From contig CP119308.1 in NCBI GenBank assembly GCA_029203165.1, forward strand, positions 2,885,467 through 2,949,466: a DNA stretch of 64,000 nt. Direction: 5' to 3'. Source of the DNA: Candidatus Microbacterium colombiense (GTDB lineage: Bacteria > Actinomycetota > Actinomycetes > Actinomycetales > Microbacteriaceae). Below the pieces are notes generated by a model. It worked only from the letters and a program-made list of their open reading frames with translations, did not search any database and was not told the origin of the DNA. Position numbers and translations under genes: made by a program. Below are positions 47,342-54,896 of the stretch, piece after piece. The stretch's first letter is position 1, and each line of letters opens with the position of its first letter.

Positions 47342-50300
47342 TTCCCGTGTCGACGATGTCGATCGGCTGCGTGTCGTTGTCGGCTCGCGGCGCGGAGTCC
47401 GAGATGCCGAGCACGGCGGCGATCCGCGTGGCAGCGGTGACCGGGTCGCTGTACAGATCGAACGCGTGCACCCGCACGTAGTGCCAGCCCAGACGCCGCA
47501 GCACGTGCGGACGCAGCCGCAGCGTCTCGCGCAGCGACTCCCCTCGGGACTCGGGATCGGACTCGATCACCACGGCCTTGCCCTTGTGCTGGGCGACCAG
47601 GGGAAGGAGCCCGCGATAGTCGACGTCGACCGAGGCACCGAGTCGGCGCAACTCCCGCGCGAGTGCCAGGGTCAGCGGATCGGCGAGGTCTTCCAGCCGT
47701 GCATCGCGTGCGCGCGCGGCGAGTCCACCGAGGATCGACATGAGAGTGGCCGCGCCGTGTTCGAGGCGGCCGTCATCGAAGGCCGAGGGACGAATCGACG
47801 ACACGATCACCATCGAGCGGCGGGCACGGGTCATGCCCACCGTCAGCAGGCGTTCGCCGTCGGGCGTCGAGAGGTCGCCGAAGTCGCTGAGGACCCGTCC
47901 GTGCTTGGTGAGTCCGAAGCCCAGCGAGAAGATGACGCGATCCCGGCTCTCCGCCACCGATTCCTCGAGGGTGAGCACGGCGAACGGCTCGGCGGTGTCG
48001 CGGCCGACGAAGTCCGCCACATCCGAACGACCGGCGAACGCCGACGTGACGGCGGCGCGCACCCTCTCGGCGTGGCGGGTGCTGGCGGTGACCACCATGA
48101 GCGATTCCGTGGGCCGGTGCACCGCGTGCTCGACCACGAGGGTGACCACGCGGGCCACCTCGGCGTCGGGGCTCTCGACCGCTCCGGAGATCGGATCGGG
48201 CGTTCCCGTGCCTCCCTCGACGTAGTCGACAGTGAGGCTGCCGCGCCCGAGGTAGGAGCCCGCCCACGGCAACGAGACGATCTCTCCGCCGTAGAAGGCG
48301 TCGTTGATGAGCTCGGCCAGATCTTCGCCACCCGCACGGTAGCTGCGGGTGAGGGTCATGACGGGGAGCAACTCCGACAGGCGCTCGAAGACCGACACAT
48401 CGTCGAACGGAACCTCGGGCTCCCAGGAGTCTCCGGGATCGACGGCGATGTGGAAGGGCGTCGGGCGCTGGGTGACGGGATCGCCGAATGCGACGATCTG
48501 ACGCGCTCGGCGGATCGCCGGTGCGGCTTCCGCCAGGTTGATCGCGGCGGCATCGACCAGCAGCACGGTGTCGAACTCGACCGAGTCGGGGATCTCGGGC
48601 ACCCGGTACGGCGACGAGATCCACACGGGGGCGAGCACCCCGACAAGGGTGGATGCCGAACTCACGATCTCGGCGGTGGTGGAGTTCGGCTGGGTGAGCG
48701 CCCGGCGCAGGTGCTGCGACTGCTGCGGCTCGTCGACGATCGCGATCTTCCACTGATTGGCGAGCTGCCACGCCAGCAGAGGACCGGCCATCGCGGCGTG
48801 GGCCTCGTCGACCAGACGGAAGTCGCGCTCGAGTCGATCGACCACCGCGGTGTTCGCGCCGAGCAGCGCCCGGTTGTCCTGGAGAGCACGTTCGAGCAGC
48901 GACTGCCACCACGCGAACTCGAGCTCCTCACCGACCTGCCCCTCCGAGACGTGGCGCACGGAGAGCTCGGCGAGCAGAGGCTCCAAGCCCAGCAGCGCCA
49001 GTCGCTCGCGCAGCTGCGCCCTCTCGACGAGGTTGTCGAAGACATCCGACTTGGCAGCGAGACCGGCCAAGGTGCGCACGAGACGTGCCACGGGCAGGGC
49101 GGCCATCGGCTCGCGACGACCGAGGGCGGCATCGAGCTCGGCGAGCTCCGCCTCTGCCCGCTGCCACGCCGCCGAGACGTCGGCGAGGCCGAGCGGCACC
49201 TCAGGTGCGACGCCGGCCTCGACGAACCGTTGCCACTGCGTGCGCTGCGCCTGGATGCGCAGGAGAGCCTCGTGCATCTCGGTCACGTGCACGCCGGGGC
49301 GCACATACTCCTTGGCGAGCCGGCGGAGCCGACGCCGGTTGGTGCCCGAGAGCCCGGGGGCGTCGCGGCGAGATCCGTGCGCCTGGATCAGTTCGCCCAG
49401 CGGGCGTTCGAAGACGGTGGGGCTGAAGCGGTCGAGCGAGTCCCGCATGCCCTGCAGCAGGTGGAGGTACTCGCCGAGCTCGTCGATCGTCGCGAATGGA
49501 CGCATCCGCGTCTGCGCGATCAGTTCGTAGCCGCGTTCGAGTAGGGCGGGGATGCTGCTCCCGTGCAGACGTGCCGCGAGCTCGTGCGCCGCCCGCGCGG
49601 CCTCCGTGCTCGAGAACGTGACGCCGTACCAGGGGGAGTCGTCGGGCCCGAAGCGGAATTCGCCCAGTCGGGCGGCCTGAGCGAGAGCGGATGCCGCCCC
49701 GCTGCGGTCCTCTGCCAGGCGGCGGAGCGCATCCGTTCCGAGACGAGCCGTCGTCGACGGTGGCACGGGGAGCGACGCGAGTCTGGTCAGATGCCGCGTG
49801 GCGTCGAGCACCGAGGCGCTCGTGCCGGCGACCGGCGTGGTCAGTGCCTGACGGTAGTCGCGGAGCACCGTGCGCAGTCGAACCAGCGCGTCGTCGACGT
49901 CGCTGACCTTCGGCGATACGGCCTTCTCGTTCCGCCCGATCGCACGCACCAGGTCGCGGCGGACGCTCGCCGGAGAGATCGCCAGGCTGTCGAGCCCGAT
50001 GCCCGCGAGACGATGCCGCACGCCGTCGAGGGTGGAGCGTCGCGCCGACACGACCAGCACGCGCTTACCCGCGCGGACGAGTTCGCCGAGCGCGTTGATG
50101 ACCGTCTGGGTTCCCCCGGTGCCGGGCAGCGTCGCCACGGTCAGCGAATGACCGGCCGCGATCCGTGCGAGCACGGCCTCCTGCTCCGCATCGGCATCCA
50201 GCAGCAGATTGTCGGATGCCGGAGCGCGATCGTCCGGGCCGGTGTGGTGCGGGGTCGCCCGCGGCGCGGCGACCTGTTCGCGGTCGCCCACGTGGCCGGC

Positions 50301-51053
50301 GAGCGCGTTGAGCACGACGTGGTCGAGGCTGCCGCTGTCGCGCACCATCGCGCCGCCCACGTCGGCGAACGTCGACACGACCAACCGGGGCTCGACCGAG
50401 AACGTGTCGATCGACCGTGCCGTCGTGCGCAGGCTGTCGATCACGGGCTGCGGCTTGAAGATGCCGCCGTCATAGGCCAACGCGGCGAGCGCCGCGGCGT
50501 CGATCGAGATGCCGAAGTGCTCGCGCGCGATGCGCACGAGCTCCGGGTTCACGTCGAAGACGCCCTGCAGCTTCAGCTCGAAGTCCGAATGATGGCGCCG
50601 GATGGCCAGCGGTCGCAGCAGCACGGGGGCCGCGAACGCCGCGCCGCCGATGCGCCAGCGAGCGACGCCGACCGTGAGGTGGACGGCCTCGATGCCGCGC
50701 ACCGTGCGCAGCTCGGTGTTCTTCGACGTGATGCGCTCTGCAGCGAGCCTGGCGGTGCGCAGCCCCACCTCGTCGCGGAACAGGTTCGACAACAGCGTGG
50801 ATTTGCCGGTGATGAACTGGGGCAGGCTGCCGGGGTGCGCCTTGGAGATGTCGATCCCGGACTCGGGCCCGTCGCGGAAGCTGACCAGCGGGGACGCGCC
50901 GCCCAGATCGGCGGCCTCCGCGCGCAATCGCGTGCGCTCCGACTCGGCGGCGTGGGCGACATCGACCCCTGTGGTCGACTCGTGCAGCTCGCCGAGAGTC
51001 ACTGCGGCATCCGCCACTGCGTCATCCGCAGACTTCTCATCACGTCGCCACAC
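47334..51053 (-). CDS. DUF4011 / SF1 (Upf1-like AAA_11/AAA_12) helicase-like protein with C-terminal REase-like domain; Walker A and B degenerate
   Basis: 1239-aa ORF. The N-terminal DUF4011-like region contains LTVGVARWRIGG..APVLLRPLAI. The SF1 motifs are collinear but altered. Walker A reads LPGTGGTQT, with Gly314 (50112..50114) where the Lys is expected. Walker B reads LLVDAAAI, with Ala835 (48549..48551) where the Glu of DEASQ is expected. Motif III GDPVTQ, motif IV SYR and motif VI VGMTRARR are retained. Confidence 0.8.
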   Translation of the reverse strand: MWRRDEKSADDAVADAAVTLGELHESTTGVDVAHAAESERTRLRAEAADLGGASPLVSFRDGPESGIDISKAHPGSLPQFITGKSTLLSNLFRDEVGLRTARLAAERITSKNTELRTVRGIEAVHLTVGVARWRIGGAAFAAPVLLRPLAIRRHHSDFELKLQGVFDVNPELVRIAREHFGISIDAAALAALAYDGGIFKPQPVIDSLRTTARSIDTFSVEPRLVVSTFADVGGAMVRDSGSLDHVVLNALAGHVGDREQVAAPRATPHHTGPDDRAPASDNLLLDADAEQEAVLARIAAGHSLTVATLPGTGGTQTVINALGELVRAGKRVLVVSARRSTLDGVRHRLAGIGLDSLAISPASVRRDLVRAIGRNEKAVSPKVSDVDDALVRLRTVLRDYRQALTTPVAGTSASVLDATRHLTRLASLPVPPSTTARLGTDALRRLAEDRSGAASALAQAARLGEFRFGPDDSPWYGVTFSSTEAARAAHELAARLHGSSIPALLERGYELIAQTRMRPFATIDELGEYLHLLQGMRDSLDRFSPTVFERPLGELIQAHGSRRDAPGLSGTNRRRLRRLAKEYVRPGVHVTEMHEALLRIQAQRTQWQRFVEAGVAPEVPLGLADVSAAWQRAEAELAELDAALGRREPMAALPVARLVRTLAGLAAKSDVFDNLVERAQLRERLALLGLEPLLAELSVRHVSEGQVGEELEFAWWQSLLERALQDNRALLGANTAVVDRLERDFRLVDEAHAAMAGPLLAWQLANQWKIAIVDEPQQSQHLRRALTQPNSTTAEIVSSASTLVGVLAPVWISSPYRVPEIPDSVEFDTVLLVDAAAINLAEAAPAIRRARQIVAFGDPVTQRPTPFHIAVDPGDSWEPEVPFDDVSVFERLSELLPVMTLTRSYRAGGEDLAELINDAFYGGEIVSLPWAGSYLGRGSLTVDYVEGGTGTPDPISGAVESPDAEVARVVTLVVEHAVHRPTESLMVVTASTRHAERVRAAVTSAFAGRSDVADFVGRDTAEPFAVLTLEESVAESRDRVIFSLGFGLTKHGRVLSDFGDLSTPDGERLLTVGMTRARRSMVIVSSIRPSAFDDGRLEHGAATLMSILGGLAARARDARLEDLADPLTLALARELRRLGASVDVDYRGLLPLVAQHKGKAVVIESDPESRGESLRETLRLRPHVLRRLGWHYVRVHAFDLYSDPVTAATRIAAVLGISDSAPRADNDTQPIDIVDTGNG

Positions 51054-51229
51054 AGTGACACCCTAGGCGCGTGAAGCCGGGATGCCAGGTATCTCGGGCG
51101 GGTTTCACCGTATTACTGCCCTCGAACGGGCTGAGCACTCCCCCTGCACGGCCGATGTGTCGTCTCGATTCTCCCCAGGAATCGGCAGACCCGGCGTCCG
51201 GTCCCGCCCGCACCGGTCACTATGGTCAC

Positions 51230-51742
51230 ATGACGTTCCGATACGACTTCGCTCCGACGCCGTTCGGCGACGCGCTCGCGGTGTTCTCCGATGAGGGAAT
51301 CGTCCGCTTCGACCTCTCCGAATCCGAGGATCCCTCCGTCCCGTGGCTTCTCGAAGCCGCCGCCCGCGATCTCGGCGGCATTCCCGATCCCGATCCCGGC
51401 GCCGCCTCGGAGTTGACGCCACTCCTCGCGGAGTACTTCGACGGTGAGCCCGTGCGCTTCCACGACCATCTGAGGTTGGACTGGCGATTGGCGAGCGGGT
51501 TCTCGCTGGAGGCCCTCCGGGCGATCTGTGAGATCGAGTGGGGCGAGACGATGAGCTACGGCGAGGTCGCGGTGGTCGCCGGGCGTCCCGGTGCCGCGCG
51601 GGCCGTGGGCCGGGCCTGTCGACTGACCCCCTTCTCGATCATCGTGCCCGTGCATCGCGTCGTACGCGCGGACGGCTCCCCCGGTCAGTACGGCGCATAC
51701 CCCGAGCGCAAACGGTTCCTGCTGGATCTCGAGACGCGCTGA
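51230..51742 (+). CDS. Methylated-DNA--protein-cysteine methyltransferase (Ogt/MGMT) homolog lacking the acceptor cysteine (alkyltransferase-like)
   Basis: ORF 51071..51742 trimmed to ATG 51230 (MTFRYDFAPTPFGDALAVFSDEGIV...). The C-terminal DNA-binding domain reads MSYGEVAVVAGRPGAARAVGRACRLTPFSIIVPVHRVV. The canonical PCHR is PVHR here (Val141, GTG 51650..51652), and the NP motif is TP. Confidence 0.75.
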   Translation: MTFRYDFAPTPFGDALAVFSDEGIVRFDLSESEDPSVPWLLEAAARDLGGIPDPDPGAASELTPLLAEYFDGEPVRFHDHLRLDWRLASGFSLEALRAICEIEWGETMSYGEVAVVAGRPGAARAVGRACRLTPFSIIVPVHRVVRADGSPGQYGAYPERKRFLLDLETR

Positions 51743-51766
51743 CACCGCGCTGTTCCGCAGGACGAC

Positions 51767-51799
51767 GGGGATCCCGGCGAGTAGGCCGCCGGGATCCCC
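51767..51799 (+). terminator. 12-bp hairpin downstream of the ogt-like gene
   Basis: GGGGATCCCGGC (51767..51778) / GCCGGGATCCCC (51788..51799), 9-nt loop, 25 nt after the stop. Confidence 0.5.
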
Positions 51800-51866
51800 G
51801 CACCCCCGGTGGTAGTGTCGACGCTACGAAAAGGGGCACGACGCTGTCTCCCGAGGGTAGGAAGTC

Positions 51867-52721
51867 ATGAGCTCAACCGCGGCCGAGGAGTCCGAGACGG
51901 AGCTCGTCGCCAACGCGGTGCGCGAGCTTGCCCGACGCACCCGGTTCCCCGTCGCGTTCGGCGGTCTCATCGACGAGGGCGTCGTGAACGTGACGAGCAT
52001 CGTCGGCAACCGCACGCACAGCCTGGACGGGTTGAAAGTGCGCCCGGAACGCGGACTCGGCGGACGGGCGATGATGGAGCTCCGTCCGCGCATGACGAGC
52101 GATTACGGATCGTCGCGCCAGATCACCCACGACTACGACGTGTTCGTGCTCGGCGAAGGCCTGCGCACGCTGCTCGCACTTCCGATCGTCGTGAGCGGAC
52201 GCTCCCGCGGCGTGCTGTACGCCGGCGCGTGGGACGAGGAGCCTGTCGGCGGCATCACGACGGCACCGGCCATGCAGGTGGCGCAGTCGGTCGCCGACGA
52301 ACTACGGATCCGGGACGAGGTCGAGCGGCGCCTGCGCGCGGCGTCCGGAGAAGACGCCGTCGCCGTCCCGCAGCGCGAGCAGTTGCGCGAGAGCTTCGCA
52401 GAACTGCGCAGCATCGCCGCCAGTGTCGACGATGACGTGCTGCGGGGCCGGATCGCCCAGGTCGAGCGGCGGCTGGCGGTGCTGGCCGGAGATGCACTAC
52501 CCGCCACCACCGGCCCCATCCCGACCGTGCGTCTGTCGCCACGCGAGACCGATGTGCTCGCCTGCGCCGCGCTCGGCGCCACGAACGCGGAGATCGCGCG
52601 ACGCCTCGGTCTGCGTGAGAGCACCGTGAAGGCCTATATCGGCACGGCGATGTCGAAGCTGGATGCCTCGACGCGTCACGCGGCCGTGGTCCGCGCCCGT
52701 CGCGCCGGCCTCCTCCCCTGA
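51867..52721 (+). CDS. LuxR-family transcriptional regulator with N-terminal GAF-like sensor domain
   Basis: 284-aa ORF with the C-terminal LuxR HTH LSPRETDVLACAALGATNAEIARRLGLRESTVKAYIGTAMSKL. The N-terminal ~170 aa resemble a GAF-type small-molecule-binding domain (by eye). Confidence 0.75.
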   Translation: MSSTAAEESETELVANAVRELARRTRFPVAFGGLIDEGVVNVTSIVGNRTHSLDGLKVRPERGLGGRAMMELRPRMTSDYGSSRQITHDYDVFVLGEGLRTLLALPIVVSGRSRGVLYAGAWDEEPVGGITTAPAMQVAQSVADELRIRDEVERRLRAASGEDAVAVPQREQLRESFAELRSIAASVDDDVLRGRIAQVERRLAVLAGDALPATTGPIPTVRLSPRETDVLACAALGATNAEIARRLGLRESTVKAYIGTAMSKLDASTRHAAVVRARRAGLLP

Positions 52722-52825
52722 ACGCCGACTCCCGGAACCCCACCTCCACCGGATCCCCTGAGCACCGTGCACAGCGCCTGCCCAGCGCTGTTCGCTAGTG
52801 TGGAGCCAGCCGGTGAACACCGGCT

Positions 52826-52868
52826 CCGGACGAGGCAGACCAGTACCCGGTGAGCGAAAAGACTGGTC
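52826..52868 (+). promoter_or_regulatory. Guanidine-III (ykkC-III) riboswitch
   Basis: CCGGACGAGGCAGACCAGUACCCGGUGAGCGAAAAGACUGGUC. It matches the remembered 41-nt T. fusca aptamer CCGGACGAGGUGCGCCGUACCCGGUCAGGACAAGACGGCGC in the invariant CCGGACGAGG, UACCCGGU and AAGAC blocks. The variable stem co-varies (GACCAG 52838..52843 / CUGGUC 52863..52868), giving the H-type pseudoknot together with CCGG 52826..52829 / CCGG 52847..52850. It ends 13 nt before the sugE ATG, and the SD AAAGGA (52871..52876) follows directly. Confidence 0.85.
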
Positions 52869-52881
52869 CGAAAGGACCGTC

Positions 52882-53208
52882 ATGTCGTGGATCATCTTGA
52901 TCGCATCCGGAATCCTCGAGGCCGTATGGGCGACCGCTCTCGGCAAATCCGAGGGACTCACAAAGCTCTGGCCGAGCGTGATCTTCTTCGTCGGGTTGGC
53001 GATATCGATGTTCGGGCTGGCTTTCGCGATGCGCGAGATCGCCACCGGAACCGCCTATGCGGTGTGGGTCGGTATCGGCGCCTCGCTGACCGTGGCGTGG
53101 GCGATGATCACCGGAGACACAGAGATCTCCTGGCTGCGCATTCTCCTCCTTCTGGGGCTCGTCGGCTGCATTGTCGGTCTGAAACTGATCGACCCCGGAC
53201 ACGAATAG
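52882..53208 (+). CDS. sugE: SMR-family guanidinium exporter (SugE/Gdx)
   Basis: ORF 52798..53208 trimmed to ATG 52882. [32 protein letters not shown]... is 108 aa with four TM helices and the conserved membrane Glu13 in the ILEAVWA motif. It is preceded by a guanidine-III riboswitch. Confidence 0.9.
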   Translation: MSWIILIASGILEAVWATALGKSEGLTKLWPSVIFFVGLAISMFGLAFAMREIATGTAYAVWVGIGASLTVAWAMITGDTEISWLRILLLLGLVGCIVGLKLIDPGHE

Positions 53209-53267
53209 GCAACACCCGCGCATTCCGCCGCTTGTCGCATTTCCCACACCCGAGTAGGGTGAATTCC

Positions 53268-53612
53268 ATGGCGAGACGAATTGTGCATCAGCTGGTCGAC
53301 GATATCGACGGCAGTGTCCTGGAAGTCGGTGAAGGCGAGACGGTTCATTTCTCGTTGAACGGGGCTTCCTACGAGATCGACCTGAACAGTGCTCACGCGG
53401 CGGAACTGCGTGAGGCTTTCGAGCCGTACATCTCCGCCGGCCGCAGGGCCGGCTCCTCCGGAGCCTCGCGCTCCACGCCCTCTCGGAAGCGTCCGGGACG
53501 CAACCCCGAGGTCGCGGCGATCCGCGCATGGGCGAACGAGAATGGTCACAAGCTCTCAGAGCGCGGTCGCATTCCGGCTCAGGTCGTGGACGCGTACAAC
53601 GCGGCCCACTGA
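53268..53612 (+). CDS. lsr2: Lsr2-family nucleoid-associated protein
   Basis: Located within ORF 52887..53612, with ATG at 53268. [16 protein letters not shown]...[17 protein letters not shown]...[31 protein letters not shown] is collinear with M. tuberculosis Lsr2, including the RGRIP AT-hook-like DNA-binding motif. Confidence 0.9.
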   Translation: MARRIVHQLVDDIDGSVLEVGEGETVHFSLNGASYEIDLNSAHAAELREAFEPYISAGRRAGSSGASRSTPSRKRPGRNPEVAAIRAWANENGHKLSERGRIPAQVVDAYNAAH

Positions 53613-53634
53613 CAATCGAACTGACGAATCACGG

Positions 53635-53667
53635 GGAATAGGCGCGTCCGACCGGAGCGCCTATTCC
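53635..53667. terminator. 11-bp hairpin between convergent lsr2 and marR-type gene
   Basis: GGAATAGGCGC (53635..53645) / GCGCCTATTCC (53657..53667). The right arm overlaps the MarR stop codon. Confidence 0.55.
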
Positions 53668-54296
53668 TCGATTATTTTGGCCCAGGGCTCATCCCGCAGA
53701 GTGATCTCACTCGTCATATCGGTGAGGAATCGGATCACGACCTCACGTTCTTCCCTCGATAGACGCGCGGCCGCATAGAATCTCTTCGCCTGCTGCCGCC
53801 CCACCGTCTCCATCGCCGCGTGCCGTGTCTCCGCGGAAATGGTGATCGCAAGAGCACGCCGATCACTCGGGTGCGGAGCGCGATGGATATGCGCACTCTT
53901 CTCGAGACGGTCGAGGAGTTTGGTCGTCGCCGCCGTCGAGATTCCCAGGTGCTGCGCGATCCCTCCGGGGGTCGCGATCGCATCGCGATTCGCGCACACG
54001 ATCAGATAGTGCAGCGCACGCATATCGGTGTCGTTGAGCTGCATGTATCGACGAGAGGCCAGCGAGAGCCTCTGCTCCGCGTCGCGCAGGTCACCGATCG
54101 CGCCCATGAGCACGGCGATCTGTCGGAGATCCTCGGGAGGTACGCCCGCGCGATCGATCAAGGTGCTGCGGGGATCGCTGGCATCGACGTCGTAGATCGC
54201 GGAATGACTCAGTCCGTCCGGGCCGGGCTCGCTGGTGCTCGTCATCGGCTCTCCCGTCGCACCCGGTGCCGGGGTGGTGCGGGACTGGATCTCCAT
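53661..54296 (-). CDS. MarR-family transcriptional regulator, divergent from the carotenoid operon (CrtR-like by position)
   Basis: 211-aa ORF with the winged-HTH core LNDTDMRALHYLIVCANRDAIATPGGIAQHLGISTAATTKLLDRLEKSAHIHRAPHPSDRRAL. In Corynebacterium glutamicum the MarR-type CrtR is likewise divergent from crtE (established knowledge). The orthology is not tested. Confidence 0.75.
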   Translation of the reverse strand: MEIQSRTTPAPGATGEPMTSTSEPGPDGLSHSAIYDVDASDPRSTLIDRAGVPPEDLRQIAVLMGAIGDLRDAEQRLSLASRRYMQLNDTDMRALHYLIVCANRDAIATPGGIAQHLGISTAATTKLLDRLEKSAHIHRAPHPSDRRALAITISAETRHAAMETVGRQQAKRFYAAARLSREEREVVIRFLTDMTSEITLRDEPWAKIIEE

Positions 54297-54372
54297 GCGA
54301 TCATGTTACACATCTAAGGCTTCATGCTAAGTTGATTACTTACTTAGTTAGGCAAATGGAGGAGAGGACGCC
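54297..54372. promoter_or_regulatory. AT-rich divergent promoter/operator region (marR-type gene / idi-crt operon)
   Basis: Strikingly low-GC 76 nt: ...CATCTAAGGCTTCATGCTAAGTTGATTACTTACTTAGTTAGGCAAATGGAGGAGAGG. It has the inverted repeat TAAGT-tgatt-ACTTA (54328..54342) and overlapping ACTTA/CTTAG/TTAGG repeats. The RBS GGAGGAGAGG lies at 54358..54367. Confidence 0.45.
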
Positions 54373-54894
54373 ATGGACGATGTGACCCTCCTCGCGGAGG
54401 ACGGGACCGCGGTCGGCGTGCTGCCGAAGCACGAGGTGCACACCCGCGAGACCCCTCTGCATCTGGCCTTCTCGTGCCACATCCGTGATCGCCACGGCCG
54501 CCTCTTGGTTACCCGGCGGGCGTTGAGCAAGCAGACCTGGCCGGGGGTATGGACGAACAGCTTCTGCGGCCACCCGCGCCCGGGAGAGGACATGCTCGCT
54601 GCCGTCGCGCGCCGAGCAGAAGAGGAACTCGGCGCCGCACTCGTGGGAATCCGTCTCGTGCTGCCCGACTTCCGCTACCGGGCGATCGATGCGAGCGGCA
54701 TCGTCGAGAACGAGATCTGCCCCGTGCACGTCGCCGAGATCGATGGCGATCTCGACGTGAATCCGGACGAGGTCGCAGAGTGGGCCTGGGTCGATCCTGA
54801 CGACCTCTTCACGGCGGCCCGCGCGGCTCCGTTCGCGTTCAGCCCGTGGATCCGCGAACAGTTGCCGCAGCTGCGCGAGCTCGGTGAGGTCTGA
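54373..54894 (+). CDS. idi: Isopentenyl-diphosphate delta-isomerase, type 1 (Nudix)
   Basis: 173-aa ORF with LHLAFSCHIRD, WPGVWTNSFCGHPRPGE (catalytic Cys) and ENEICPV (catalytic Glu region). Confidence 0.9.
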   Translation: MDDVTLLAEDGTAVGVLPKHEVHTRETPLHLAFSCHIRDRHGRLLVTRRALSKQTWPGVWTNSFCGHPRPGEDMLAAVARRAEEELGAALVGIRLVLPDFRYRAIDASGIVENEICPVHVAEIDGDLDVNPDEVAEWAWVDPDDLFTAARAAPFAFSPWIREQLPQLRELGEV

Positions 54895-54896
54895 CG

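Noticed and set aside
47172-49544. 790-aa plus-strand ORF (and 49563..51074, 503 aa)
   Set aside because: Both are antisense to the 1239-aa helicase-like gene, which carries collinear SF1 motifs. Their translations are Arg/Gly/Asp-rich without motifs.
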